A DNA stretch of 64,000 bases, taken from sequence record SRR22947727_788. One strand, 5' to 3'. This document shows positions 10,033-19,969 of the stretch, in pieces. Position numbers and translations under genes: made by a program. The notes under the pieces are model-generated. The model was given only the letters and a program-made list of their open reading frames with translations. It did no database searches and was not told the origin of the DNA. The stretch's first letter is position 1. Every line of letters starts with the position of its first letter.

Positions 10033-10857
10033 TTAGACCACAACTCCCACAACGGTGAGGGCTACAAGCCCCACAGCAACCAGTGCAAGCCCCTGACGTT
10101 GCCGCCGTGGCTCTTCTCCACGCGTTTTCACCATGATGTTCGCCACAACGGCGCCCGTGATGAGGCCACCAATGTGGGCTTGCCACGAGATTCCCGGGAC
10201 GATAAAGCCCATGACCAAGTTGAGCCCCAGGACAATCAAGAGTTGAGCGTTTGCCCCGCCAAACGAGCGCTGGATAACAAACAACGCTCCGAAAAGACCA
10301 AATATTGCTCCGGATGCCCCCACCACCGCAGACGTCGGTGAGAGCAAGAGCACGAGAACAGATCCTCCAAAACCCGAGAACAAGAACAACGTGACGAATC
10401 GACTCGGGCCAATCAGCCTCTCCACCAGGGTTCCGAGAATGAACAGGGAGTACCCGTTGAAGAGAATATGAAATACCGAGGAGCCCGAGTGGACAAACAT
10501 GGTGGTCAGCATCCGCCAGGGCTCTAATGCCGTGAGAGGTGGCCAATACAAGAACAGCTGGGTGAGAAAACCACCGGTGAGCAATTGCCCGAGATACACC
10601 GCAACAATAATCCCCAATAGGACGAACGTCGCAGTAGGCCTTGTGCCGAGAGCTACCGAGCGAGTGCCGCCTCGGCGGAATACTCCGCCGAGGCCACTCG
10701 TCTTGCGGGTGCCCGAACAATCAGGGCAGTGGAAACCCACGGGGGCCTGGATTTGGCACTCCGGGCAAATAGTGTTCCCGCACCGCTGACAGAGAACAAA
10801 GCTCTCCGCTTTCGGGTGGCGATAACAAAAGTCGTCGCGATTGCGGGAGGGGCTCAT
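10033..10857 (-). CDS. Rhomboid family intramembrane serine protease with N-terminal Cys/His zinc finger
   Basis: CYRHP..CQRC..ICPEC; HILFN, GASG, AHIGG motifs. Confidence 0.92.
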   Translation of the reverse strand: MSPSRNRDDFCYRHPKAESFVLCQRCGNTICPECQIQAPVGFHCPDCSGTRKTSGLGGVFRRGGTRSVALGTRPTATFVLLGIIVAVYLGQLLTGGFLTQLFLYWPPLTALEPWRMLTTMFVHSGSSVFHILFNGYSLFILGTLVERLIGPSRFVTLFLFSGFGGSVLVLLLSPTSAVVGASGAIFGLFGALFVIQRSFGGANAQLLIVLGLNLVMGFIVPGISWQAHIGGLITGAVVANIMVKTRGEEPRRQRQGLALVAVGLVALTVVGVVV

Positions 10858-11399
10858 TAGGAGACAGCAACCACCGTCACGCTCGTCAAGACGACATCGT
10901 CATGAGGGCGATCATTGCCGTCGGTCGCGACACCCTCGATGGCGTCCACCACCTTTTTGGAGTCGTCATCGAGAACAGCTCCAAAAATGGTGTGGTTCCC
11001 CTGCAACCAGGTGGTTGCGGCTGTGGTGATGAAGAACTGGCTGCCATTGGTTCCCTGACCCCCGCGCTTGCCGGCGTTAGCCATCGCGAGCGCGTAAGGC
11101 TCAGTGAAGTTGAGCTCGGGGTGAATTTCATCATCGAACTGGTATCCCGGTCCACCCATGCCGGTTCCGGTGGGGTCTCCACCTTGAATCATGAAGCTCG
11201 GAATGATGCGGTGGAAGATCACATTTGTGTAGAGGGGACCTTCGCCAGCCGCTCCGGTAGTGGGATGAGTCCACTCTCGTTCGCCCGTGGCAAGTCCGAC
11301 GAAGTTATCGACGGTTTTGGGCGCGTGGTTGCCATAGAGGCCCACCACGATGTCGCCGTGGTTAGTGTGCAAAGTCGCTGTATGTGTATGTAGAGTCAT
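10857..11399 (-). CDS. ppiA: Cyclophilin-type peptidyl-prolyl isomerase
   Basis: [35 protein letters not shown]; start moved to the ATG 7 nt after CAGAAT. Confidence 0.93.
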   Translation of the reverse strand: MTLHTHTATLHTNHGDIVVGLYGNHAPKTVDNFVGLATGEREWTHPTTGAAGEGPLYTNVIFHRIIPSFMIQGGDPTGTGMGGPGYQFDDEIHPELNFTEPYALAMANAGKRGGQGTNGSQFFITTAATTWLQGNHTIFGAVLDDDSKKVVDAIEGVATDGNDRPHDDVVLTSVTVVAVS

Positions 11400-11514
11400 G
11401 GTTTCCATTCTGTCAGGGACCACTGAGGGTTCCCTCCAGAGATAAGCCCAGGAACTTCCTAACAATTTCTGGGAGACTAGGGACTCCTCATTGGGAAGAA
11501 AGGACGTGAGACCT

Positions 11515-11871
11515 GTGGATCGCAAGACCCAACGTGAATTGGCTCGCCTGTCCCAGGAAGCCAGAAGGCTCTGGGAAGAACAGCGAGACGTCCTCTCCCA
11601 CGCGAAAAGTGTCGCTCGGCACGCGTCGCACAGCGCTAGCGAGATCGCAAAGCGCGATGTGCTCCCTAGGGCGCAGGAGACCTACCGTGACTCCATTGAG
11701 CCTGCGCTGGCCCGCATCCCCTGGCGCCAGGTTGCTCCCCCGAAGAAGTCCTCAAACCCCTTCGTCTACGTCCTGATGGCAATCGGGACACTTGCGCTTG
11801 CCCTCATCGGGTATGCCGCCTGGCAAACGCTTCGTGCTGATGATGACCTGTGGGTCGAGGACGAGGACTAA
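11515..11871 (+). CDS. Hypothetical membrane-anchored helical protein (start uncertain)
   Basis: ORF divergent from ppiA, SD-like GAAAGGA, C-terminal TM followed by [14 protein letters not shown]. Confidence 0.65.
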   Translation: MDRKTQRELARLSQEARRLWEEQRDVLSHAKSVARHASHSASEIAKRDVLPRAQETYRDSIEPALARIPWRQVAPPKKSSNPFVYVLMAIGTLALALIGYAAWQTLRADDDLWVEDED

Positions 11872-11875
11872 GTTC

Positions 11876-12637
11876 CTACATTCCCTTGGGCTTGAGATAG
11901 CGCTGGGCCACAGCGCTCAGGAAATCAAAAATCAGCGCAAGGATGGCTACCATAACGGCCCCAATCAGGATGGCTGGGTTCCGATCTAGCTTCAGACCCG
12001 AGTTAATCGTCTCGCCAAGCCCTCCGCCGCCAATGAGGAAGGCCAGTGCTGCCATACCAATATTGATGACAATCGCGGTACGAATGCCGGCGATAATCAC
12101 GGGAACAGCCAGAGGCAGCTCAATCTCAAAAAGTACCTGACGTTTGGTGTACCCCATGCCACGTCCGGCCTCGATGACGGCATTGTCTACCTGCTCCAGC
12201 CCCACAATCGTGTTGCGAAGGACGGGCAGTAGAGAGAACGTCGCCAATGCCACGATGACCGTGCCAATTCCTGCACCAAACCACGAGAAGAACAACACAA
12301 TGAGGCCATAGGCCGGGAGAGCCTGCGCGAGACCCAAGGTGTCGACGAGGAAGTTCTTCAGGCGGGGCAAACCTTTTCGTGTCACGGCGATGCCAATCGG
12401 AATCGCAATCAAAATGACCAGTGCCGAGGAGGCAAAACCCAACACCAGGGTTTGCACCAACTGATTCTGCAGCTTCTCCGGCGCGAGAATGGCCCGGGTG
12501 GTGTCGTCAATGTCGGAGTAGAGCCAGACAGCGCCACCAATCACGGCCAAGATAATGGCAAAGATTGGCGCGACTATGAGGTCCAGCCTCTCGGCGAGGC
12601 TGGAGCGCTCTACCCGCGGGGGGCTCACCACGGTCAT
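11876..12637 (-). CDS. Osmoprotectant (Opu/ProU-like) ABC transporter permease
   Basis: RNTIVGLEQVD..EAGRGMG..ELPLA..IIAGIR, GGGGLG. Confidence 0.9.
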   Translation of the reverse strand: MTVVSPPRVERSSLAERLDLIVAPIFAIILAVIGGAVWLYSDIDDTTRAILAPEKLQNQLVQTLVLGFASSALVILIAIPIGIAVTRKGLPRLKNFLVDTLGLAQALPAYGLIVLFFSWFGAGIGTVIVALATFSLLPVLRNTIVGLEQVDNAVIEAGRGMGYTKRQVLFEIELPLAVPVIIAGIRTAIVINIGMAALAFLIGGGGLGETINSGLKLDRNPAILIGAVMVAILALIFDFLSAVAQRYLKPKGM

Positions 12638-13770
12638 GACGAGGATGCCCCTCCGCTATCGCTAATGATCAGGGAGGCAAGGCTTTCGATGCTGCAACAA
12701 CCCAGGTATTTTCCACTGCGGTCCACCACCACGGCCATTCCCACCGAGGACTGAAGCATCACGCCCAGCGCGTCCTGCAAAGTGTCTTCGGGCTGCAAGT
12801 CGATGGTGATCGGCTTCCCGCTCTTCTCAATGGGCTGAGTGGTGCGGTTCAAGGACGCTTCACTAATCCATCTCAGCGGCCGGTGGTCCTTGTCCAGGAG
12901 CACAGCCGTCTTCTCGGGGGACTCCTCGAGGACCCGCAGGGCCTCATCCCGCATGACTGGCATCTCGAGAGCCGGGATGGGGTGAAGGTCGATGTCTCGA
13001 ACCTTCTTCAGCGTCAGCCCCTTCAAGATTGCTCCCGATCCGAGGAAGTTCTCCACAAACTCATCCGCTGGGTCCGAGAGAATCACTTCTGGGGTGTCGA
13101 TCTGTGCAATCTCGGAACCCTCGCGAAGAATCGCGATCCGATTGCCCATCTTGATTGCTTCATCAATATCGTGGGTCACAAAGACGATGGTCTTCTTTAG
13201 GTCCTGCTGGAGGCGAAGAAACTCGTTCTGCAGGCGGTCACGCGTAATGGGGTCAATCGCTCCGAAGGGCTCATCCATGAGGAGCACATCGGGATCAGCC
13301 GCTAGTGCTCTGGCGACACCCACTCGCTGCGCTTGGCCTCCGGAGAGCTCTTTGGGGTAACGGTCTCGATATACCGCAGGATCCATGGAGACCAAGTCCA
13401 ACATCTCGTCTACTCGAGAGGCGATGGCTGCTTTGTCCCAGCCCAGCAGTTTGGGGACAGTGGCGATGTTCTCCGCGATCGTACGGTGGGGAAAAAGACC
13501 CACCTGCTGGATGACGTAACCGATTTTTCGGCGCAGTTGGCTGGAGTCAATGTCGGTGACGTCTTCACCTTTGAGGAAAATCCGACCGCTGGTGGGCTCG
13601 ATTAGGCGGTTGATGAGTCGCAACGTTGTGCTCTTGCCACATCCGGAGGGACCCACGAGGACAAGGACTTCACCCTCGTAAACATCCAGGGTTAGGTTCC
13701 CGACAGCGGGAGCCTCGGTTCCTGGATAGGACTTCGTAACGTTCTCTAGACGAATAAGCGGCTCGCTCAT
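12634..13770 (-). CDS. Osmoprotectant ABC transporter ATPase with C-terminal CBS-like region
   Basis: GPSGCGKS, LSGGQ, MDEPFGAIDP, VTHD. Confidence 0.92.
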   Translation of the reverse strand: MSEPLIRLENVTKSYPGTEAPAVGNLTLDVYEGEVLVLVGPSGCGKSTTLRLINRLIEPTSGRIFLKGEDVTDIDSSQLRRKIGYVIQQVGLFPHRTIAENIATVPKLLGWDKAAIASRVDEMLDLVSMDPAVYRDRYPKELSGGQAQRVGVARALAADPDVLLMDEPFGAIDPITRDRLQNEFLRLQQDLKKTIVFVTHDIDEAIKMGNRIAILREGSEIAQIDTPEVILSDPADEFVENFLGSGAILKGLTLKKVRDIDLHPIPALEMPVMRDEALRVLEESPEKTAVLLDKDHRPLRWISEASLNRTTQPIEKSGKPITIDLQPEDTLQDALGVMLQSSVGMAVVVDRSGKYLGCCSIESLASLIISDSGGASSS

Positions 13771-14423
13771 CGGATTCCCTTCGATATGGTGGCGCGCTTG
13801 AGCGCCTGCAAAATGAGGTCAATAACAAGAGCCAGCAACAGGCACAGGATGGTTCCTGTCCAAATGGACTCCAGAGAGTTAGGGAGGGGCAACCGCGCAA
13901 GGCCGCTCTTAATAAAGTCGCCAAGCCCCCCACCGGCAACCAAGGTGGCAATGGCGGCAATGCCGACAATCAACATCGAGGACACCCGGATGCCAGCGAG
14001 AATGACAGGCCACGCGAGTGGCAGCTGAACTGTCACGAGAACTTGGCGGGGAGTCAGACCCATTCCTTTCGCTGACTCCAGAACGCTCTGGTCTATCCCA
14101 TCCAGTCCCGTGATGGTGTTGCGCAAAATGGGCAACAGCGAATAGAGAAACAGCGCGATAAAGGACGGGGCAAATCCCAGTCCCACGAGCGGGATAAATA
14201 TCGTGAAGAGCGCCAGAGACGGCAAGGTCAAAAAGACCGACGTCACCGCGAGCGAAAGCTCCCGCGCCAAAACGTTTCTCCGGGTCGCGATTCCCAGACT
14301 GATCGAGAACACGCTCGCGAGTCCGAGGACTGTCACGACATAGACGGTGTGCTCTCCGAGGGCGCTCTGTATCTGGTCACCTCGTGTGGACACAAAGGTC
14401 CACCAGCGTTCCAAGAAATCCAT
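13767..14423 (-). CDS. Osmoprotectant ABC transporter permease
   Basis: TLPSLALF, RNTITGL, ESAKGMG, QLPLAWP. Confidence 0.9.
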   Translation of the reverse strand: MDFLERWWTFVSTRGDQIQSALGEHTVYVVTVLGLASVFSISLGIATRRNVLARELSLAVTSVFLTLPSLALFTIFIPLVGLGFAPSFIALFLYSLLPILRNTITGLDGIDQSVLESAKGMGLTPRQVLVTVQLPLAWPVILAGIRVSSMLIVGIAAIATLVAGGGLGDFIKSGLARLPLPNSLESIWTGTILCLLLALVIDLILQALKRATISKGIR

Positions 14424-14444
14424 CGTGAGTCCTCCCGAACGACG

Positions 14445-14473
14445 AGTGACCGGGGGCCAAGCCCCCGGTCACT
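14445..14473. terminator. Intercistronic hairpin after the substrate-binding gene
   Basis: AGTGACCGGGGGC-CAA-GCCCCCGGTCACT, perfect 13-bp stem; may be an mRNA stabiliser rather than a terminator. Confidence 0.6.
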
Positions 14474-14483
14474 ACGCATCGAT

Positions 14484-15449
14484 CTAGCCGGAGATGAGAC
14501 CTTCCTCGACGAGGTAAGCCCTCGCGACGTCGGCCGGGTCTTGTCCCTCTGCAGAGACAAGAGCGTTGAGCCCTGCCATGCGCACCTCATCGAGGGGAGC
14601 AAGGATGTCGCTGATGATGCCATCAAACGCCTCTGGGGCTTCGTTGTACTTCTCTTCACGAATCGTTCCCGACACGTTGTACAGAATGTTCACGCCTGGA
14701 TCCTCCACGAGCGTCAGGTCCAACGCGGGAATACGTCCATCGGTGGTGAACACCTCACCGAAGTCGCAGTTGTTCGCTGCAGTCTCGGTATAGATAATTC
14801 CGGTGTCCAGAATGAGCTGCTGGTCTACAGGCAACTTAATTCCGGTGGCGTTTTCCGTCAGGATCAAACCATCAGGCCTGGAGGGGAACTCAGACTCCAT
14901 ACACACGGTGGCGTCAGGGTTGTCCTGGACGTACTCCATCATGGTTTGGAGAGAGAAAGCTCCTCCGTTTGCCTCGGTTACCTCAGGAGAGGACGCGAAA
15001 CCGTAGGTGTTGTTGAACGGTGAGCGGCTCACCCACACAATTCCGTTTTCTTCGAGATCCATCTCGCGAACTCCCGCAGTCAACTCATCTGAGTCAAAGC
15101 TGGGGTCTTCCTGTCCCAGGTGAACGGTCCATCCGGTTCCGTTGTATTCCATGTAAATGTCAATATCACCGGACTCAAGTGCTGCGCGGGCGATGTTAGT
15201 ACCACCCAGGTCAACCTTGTTGTCGACGGTTGCGCCTGCTTCCTCAAACGCGGCGACCATCATCTCACCGAGAATCAGTTGCTCGTCGAAGTCCTTAGAA
15301 CCGACGCTGACCTCGATTCCTGACAGGTCATATTCGCTCAAGGCTCCGGTGCCGGCGGATGATTCTCCGCCTTCTGCGGCACATCCTGCTACGGCGAATA
15401 GTGCTGAAGCGCCCACAAGGGCCATCACATTTCTTAGCGATTTCTTCAT
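14484..15449 (-). CDS. Glycine betaine/choline-type ABC substrate-binding lipoprotein
   Basis: Lipobox VAGC; GSKDFDEQ.ILG, EYNGT, NNTY, EF..RPDG, FTTDGRI. Confidence 0.9.
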   Translation of the reverse strand: MKKSLRNVMALVGASALFAVAGCAAEGGESSAGTGALSEYDLSGIEVSVGSKDFDEQLILGEMMVAAFEEAGATVDNKVDLGGTNIARAALESGDIDIYMEYNGTGWTVHLGQEDPSFDSDELTAGVREMDLEENGIVWVSRSPFNNTYGFASSPEVTEANGGAFSLQTMMEYVQDNPDATVCMESEFPSRPDGLILTENATGIKLPVDQQLILDTGIIYTETAANNCDFGEVFTTDGRIPALDLTLVEDPGVNILYNVSGTIREEKYNEAPEAFDGIISDILAPLDEVRMAGLNALVSAEGQDPADVARAYLVEEGLISG

Positions 15450-15518
15450 TAGTTCGGCATTCCTCCTCTAGTTTCGATATTTCCACCGTAGGGAAGCCCG
15501 CCATCGATGGCTAACCGA

Positions 15519-15538
15519 GTTGTCCATATATCAACAAC
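15519..15538. promoter_or_regulatory. Palindromic operator candidate between the ABC operon and the IclR gene
   Basis: GTTGTCCATATATCAACAAC (16/20 self-complementary) just upstream of -10-like TAGCGT (15543-15548). Confidence 0.55.
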
Positions 15539-15554
15539 CGCGTAGCGTGGGGTG

Positions 15555-16391
15555 ATGCCCGCTCACACGTCCGGACTGGCCAGAGACCTCGAGGTTCTCG
15601 AGCTTCTGGGCACGCGCGGGGCTTGGGAGGACGGCGGCTATGGGGTTCAACAGATTGCCCACCTATTGGGGCGAGACAAAGGCCAGATTTCCCGCGTCTG
15701 CCAAACCCTTCTGAAGTCTGGTCTGCTCAATCGAGACAGAGCCACCAAGAGGTACACGCTTGGCCACCACCTTTATGCGCTCGCCATGCGAACGCAAGAG
15801 GCCCACTTAGCCCTACTCGCGCGGCCTACCCTGCTTGACCTAATGGCGCGAGCGGAAGAATCTGCCCACCTCACAGTGTTGCGAGGAGGTGCAATCATGA
15901 CGGTCCACACAGAGCTCGCCCAGCATCCCGAAAGGGATGACAGCTTTGACGGGGTCTCCATTCCGGCCCTCAAAACAGCCTCTGGGAGAGCAATTCTCGC
16001 AACATTCACCGACGAAGAGCTCTCTGCATGGTGGGAAGAACATGGTGAGGCTCGTGACGTTCCCGAGGATCTCCAAGCAGAGCGACCCCTTGAGCCTCCC
16101 CGCCTTCGACGACTGCGGGAGAAACCAGGAAGCATCCGAAGCTTCGAGTCACTGAAGCGCACCATCAAGACAACCCGGCGTCGAGGTTACGCAATCTCTG
16201 ATGGTGAGCTCACGCCCACCATCGTCGATGCGGCCGCCCCTCTAAGAAACGCGTACGGTGTCGTTCTCGGGGCAATAGCGGTGGGCGCGAGAAAAAGTCG
16301 CTTGAAAGATCGATACCACGCTCTCGGGGCGTTGGTAGGGGAATCAGCGGAAGCATTGTCGTGGGAGCTGGGCTGGCGACCCCAGTCATAG
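15555..16391 (+). CDS. IclR family transcriptional regulator
   Basis: N-terminal HTH, TASGRAILA, RRRGYA..E, AAP.R..G..GAIAV. Confidence 0.88.
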   Translation: MPAHTSGLARDLEVLELLGTRGAWEDGGYGVQQIAHLLGRDKGQISRVCQTLLKSGLLNRDRATKRYTLGHHLYALAMRTQEAHLALLARPTLLDLMARAEESAHLTVLRGGAIMTVHTELAQHPERDDSFDGVSIPALKTASGRAILATFTDEELSAWWEEHGEARDVPEDLQAERPLEPPRLRRLREKPGSIRSFESLKRTIKTTRRRGYAISDGELTPTIVDAAAPLRNAYGVVLGAIAVGARKSRLKDRYHALGALVGESAEALSWELGWRPQS

Positions 16392-16400
16392 ACTCGGGGC

Positions 16401-17399
16401 ATGGGACTACCGCATCGCGCAGTACTTGCACCTCTGGTCGGTCTGGTCATCGGCTGGGCCTTCTTCATGTTTGCCGCCTGGTCAAACCTTTTCGTTCAGC
16501 CGGAGTATGACACGCAAGGCATGTGGCTCAACGACGGGCCCATCGTCAAACCCTCCACTTTCCTGTATTTGGCCGGAATCACCGCCTTTTCTCTCGCCTC
16601 CCTCCATGGCCTCAAGGTGTCCGCGGCGCACAAAGCCACCCAAGAAACTCCCGACGGGCTAAGCATTGCTGCCTACCGACTAGGTAACCTCAGTGTGATC
16701 ATTGCGCTGGCTGGAGGAGCGATTTTTGCGCTGGCAAACTTCTTCTCTGCGTTTGGCGGCTCTACTGCTGAGGGATCCCTCGCAGAGCGACTCCTCGGTG
16801 TGTATCTGCCGATTGTGTTAGCCACCGCACTCGTAGTGACCACCCTCCTCTTCGCCTTTGTTCTCCGGAAGGACAAGGCGGACGATTCGGGTTCAGAGGA
16901 CAAGGGACTGAATGCGCGTCAGAAAGCGCTGGGCCTGGGCTATGCCATCCCGATCATTGCGGCCGCGATTGCCGTCATCTTCGGGCTGGTCGTCTATGAC
17001 ATCACGGGCACTTCACTGGAGGCCTGGGTTTGGGTGATTATTCAGGTGATTATCGCTGCCGGCATCATTCTGGGAACCCGATACGCCCGACTGGCTAAGG
17101 CCGAGAAACCTGCGGCGCCTAAACCCCGAACTGCATGGGCCAGTGGGGCCTGGAACCTAAACTTCGTGCTTTCGATCGTGTTCGGGGCCGTTGTATCCGT
17201 CATGGCGTTCACCTTCGGGATTGGTTCTTTTGAAGAGCTCCGGGACTACAACTTCGACTATGTCGGATGGGAGATTGAGCCATTCACCGTTGCATGGTTT
17301 ATCGGCGACTTCGCCCCGGCGTTAATTCTTATTCTCCTGGCGACGATTGGTCTTTATTCGACCATCACGGAGAGGCACCGGACAGAGTCAGGAGCCTAG
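16401..17399 (+). CDS. Hypothetical multi-pass membrane protein
   Basis: 332-aa ORF with about 8 hydrophobic segments; no family recognised. Confidence 0.7.
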   Translation: MGLPHRAVLAPLVGLVIGWAFFMFAAWSNLFVQPEYDTQGMWLNDGPIVKPSTFLYLAGITAFSLASLHGLKVSAAHKATQETPDGLSIAAYRLGNLSVIIALAGGAIFALANFFSAFGGSTAEGSLAERLLGVYLPIVLATALVVTTLLFAFVLRKDKADDSGSEDKGLNARQKALGLGYAIPIIAAAIAVIFGLVVYDITGTSLEAWVWVIIQVIIAAGIILGTRYARLAKAEKPAAPKPRTAWASGAWNLNFVLSIVFGAVVSVMAFTFGIGSFEELRDYNFDYVGWEIEPFTVAWFIGDFAPALILILLATIGLYSTITERHRTESGA

Positions 17400-18361
17400 A
17401 GAGTTTCAGGAATCTCTTGGTCTTTCCGGAGCTTCCGTCGCACGAATTCTTGTCTCCGTCGGCTGGCCAAATAGCTGCCTGCCACCACGAGGGGCAGTCC
17501 GACAAAGACACCCGTGGTGAGCTGCTCTCCTAAAAAGACAACGCCCAAAACCACCGCAACAGCAAGGTTCACATAGGTAATAAGGCTTGCCCGGGCAGGA
17601 CCAATCTCTCGGATGACGGCAAAGAAAATGACGAACGCTAATGCTGAACACACGGCGCCCAAAATGATGACGGAGGCCCATGCCTCGAGGCTCGGAACTC
17701 CCGCAATATCTTCTGGCAGGCTCACAGCGGCAAAAGGCGCATAGATGACGCTCACCATCGTGAGGGACACCGCGATTACCCCCAGCGTCGGAACCTCGGT
17801 CGGCATTCGATTCGCGATGATCGGAGCAACGGCATAGCCCACTGCCGCAGCCAACATCATCAGAACTGGCGTGAGGACCAGATCCCCCGAGAGAACATCA
17901 ATACCGACGAGAGAGAGGACTCCCGCAAATCCCACGACGAGTCCCAAGATCGTCAGGGGATGCCAGGCAGATTTGTCTCCCAAGAGGCCCACGAGGAAAG
18001 CCGCAATGAAAGGCACCGTGGTAATCAGCAAGCCCGCCAAGCTTGAGGTGATGGTGCGCTCAGCCTCGGTAATGAGGAACCAAGGTCCGACCATCTCGAG
18101 GAGCGCGAAGGCAAGAACCGCAGGCCACGCCTTCAAGGTAGGGCGAATCATCCCGCGACTAATCGCAATGGGCATCAAAATGAGAGCGCCTAAGAGGACC
18201 CTGAGGAACACGATGCTCGGGGTTTGGAAGTGGTCAATCGCAATCGCGATGAAGAAATACGGCGTGCCCCAAATGGTTCCCACGGCGAGGAAAAGAAGTA
18301 AAGCTTTACGAGGCACCAGGTCAGCGTAGTAGAGAAATCCAACGCCGGCGGGACGCTCCAA
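17396..18361 (-). CDS. EamA/DMT family transporter (start uncertain)
   Basis: About 10 TM; IWG..FFI..A, IGPARASLITY. Confidence 0.85.
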   Translation of the reverse strand: MERPAGVGFLYYADLVPRKALLLFLAVGTIWGTPYFFIAIAIDHFQTPSIVFLRVLLGALILMPIAISRGMIRPTLKAWPAVLAFALLEMVGPWFLITEAERTITSSLAGLLITTVPFIAAFLVGLLGDKSAWHPLTILGLVVGFAGVLSLVGIDVLSGDLVLTPVLMMLAAAVGYAVAPIIANRMPTEVPTLGVIAVSLTMVSVIYAPFAAVSLPEDIAGVPSLEAWASVIILGAVCSALAFVIFFAVIREIGPARASLITYVNLAVAVVLGVVFLGEQLTTGVFVGLPLVVAGSYLASRRRQEFVRRKLRKDQEIPETL

Positions 18362-18427
18362 AAACGTTCCTCCGAGCCGCCGAGAACCCCTGATTCACCG
18401 GCCTAGACTGTGCCTGCTAGAGAAAGG

Positions 18428-19063
18428 ATGCCGGTGATCGATACCAGCGTTCTGCTGCCGTTCATCCTGGCTTCTCTCGTCATCATCTTGTCTCCAGGTG
18501 CTGACACTTTTCTGCTCCTGCGCTTTGCGATCCGAGGCGGGCCGACAGCAGGATTTGCCGCGATGGCTGGCATCCTTGCGGGACTGTCCCTGGTGTCTTT
18601 GCTCCTCATTTCAGGCATGGGGCTCCTCATTTCTCAGGTCCCCTTTGCGCTGGGAGTAGTCAACGTCCTGGGTATTGCGGTCCTCCTTGTGCTGGCGGCT
18701 ATCAGCACGAGAGCGGGAGTGATGCTAGTTCGCGTCCCCGTCGACAGCTCATCGACTGTGCCTCACGGCGCAGACAAACCCTTTCGGATGTCCTTGATCA
18801 CCAACGTGACGAACCCGAAGGTCCTCATCTTCTATGTGGCTTTCTTTCCGCAGTTCTTGGGACAGGCAGAAAGTGCGGTGCTCCAGCTCACACTGTTGAG
18901 CGTGGCATTCCTCGTTGTCACCATCATCTGGCTAGTTCCACTGGTCTATGCCGCCAGCGCCGCCCGCAACTTTTTCCTTCGCCCTCCAGTAGCCGTTGCA
19001 ATGGAGTTCACGGTCGCAACGGTGTTTCTTCTGTTGGCGATTCTTCTCGCGATCAACCTTTAG
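18428..19063 (+). CDS. LysE/RhtB family translocator (start uncertain)
   Basis: SPGAD, TNVTNPKVLIFY..FFPQF. Confidence 0.88.
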   Translation: MPVIDTSVLLPFILASLVIILSPGADTFLLLRFAIRGGPTAGFAAMAGILAGLSLVSLLLISGMGLLISQVPFALGVVNVLGIAVLLVLAAISTRAGVMLVRVPVDSSSTVPHGADKPFRMSLITNVTNPKVLIFYVAFFPQFLGQAESAVLQLTLLSVAFLVVTIIWLVPLVYAASAARNFFLRPPVAVAMEFTVATVFLLLAILLAINL

Positions 19064-19455
19064 GGAGCGGACTCGCCGACTTTTTCCCACATCTTCGCGA
19101 CAACCCACCACTGGCCATCAAGGTAGGAGAGGTTGAGGTAGTCCTGCATGACTCCGCCAAACATCTCTAACTGCATTTTCAGAAGCGCCAAGGTAGGAGA
19201 GATTTGGTCAAAAGCCAGCACAGCGTCGCGACGAGGATTACCCAATTCAGCGGGAGATTGGCGGGCCAGGACAGCATCTCGATATACCGCGCAAGGCCGA
19301 ATGTTCAGTTCACCCTCGGCGACTCCATAGAGGACTGAGTCCTTGTGGAAGACCCGATCAAATACCTCCATGTCTTGGTGATGCATGAGGTCGAAATAGT
19401 CGTCCACGAGTCGCTGAATATCGGCGGGAATTTCTGGATTCGTCTGCAGTGTCAT
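19060..19455 (-). CDS. NTF2-like/putative lumazine-binding family protein
   Basis: YFD..D..FDRVFH, DYLNL..DGQW.VVAK pattern; ATG 7 nt after TACTCT. Confidence 0.72.
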   Translation of the reverse strand: MTLQTNPEIPADIQRLVDDYFDLMHHQDMEVFDRVFHKDSVLYGVAEGELNIRPCAVYRDAVLARQSPAELGNPRRDAVLAFDQISPTLALLKMQLEMFGGVMQDYLNLSYLDGQWWVVAKMWEKVGESAP

Positions 19456-19513
19456 GTGTTCCAGAGTAGCTCTGTTGAGGCTTCCTCAGCCCAGAGGGTA
19501 ATAGGCGAACTAG

Positions 19514-19723
19514 CTAAAGACCCCTGTCAGCGCGATAAATGGCGACAACAGCGTTCGCGTGGCCGCGTCCAAGGCCGTATTCGTTCTTCAATACCCCAAC
19601 CATTCCCATATGGGGTTTGTCGTGGTGAGCGGAGAGTACGCCAAACCAGTGCGAAACCGGCTGGCCATATTTCTTCTCAATAGAGGGGAAATAGCTCTGT
19701 GGCCCGGTGGCCTTCTTTTCCAC
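19514..19723 (-). CDS. DUF4287-like small protein
   Basis: GPQSYFPSIEKKYG, HM..V..LK.EYGLGRGHANAVV; start set at GTG 19723. Confidence 0.78.
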   Translation of the reverse strand: MEKKATGPQSYFPSIEKKYGQPVSHWFGVLSAHHDKPHMGMVGVLKNEYGLGRGHANAVVAIYRADRGL

Positions 19724-19888
19724 TTCTATGAACCAATCTGTCGCAAGGGTAAAGCCTCTCGAATCAGAATCGGTCTCGTGAGGCCGCGAGCTGAGCGATT
19801 CTGGTGCTTGTTTGGCTACTAAGAATGACCGCCCCGACAACGCCCAGTATCCCGCTCAAAACCTCCGCAACACCGAGCAACCACATGT

Positions 19889-19945
19889 GTGGGGTTCGCC
19901 CTTAGATCGGCTTGTTTGAAGCCCTGTTTCTCGAAATTACAACTA
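19889..19945. repeat. Cassette-boundary repeat R1 (truncated copy)
   Basis: 19896-19945 aligns gaplessly to positions 22-71 of the 84-bp repeat; core reduced to GTGGGG; one TTACAACTA. Confidence 0.8.
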
Positions 19946-19969
19946 TTTTGGGAGTGCTAGCTTTTATGT

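Noticed and set aside
17391-17399. GGAGCCTAG at the end of the 332-aa membrane gene matches the att core
   Set aside because: Only 9 nt, with no GATCCAC arm or TTACAACTA boxes, and it lies in overlapping stop regions of convergent genes; chance is plausible.
19775-19815. Possible sixth relic repeat (CTCGTGAGGCC...GCTTGTTTG)
   Set aside because: Motif spacing is 7 nt shorter than in the conserved repeat and no arm boxes follow; too weak to call.
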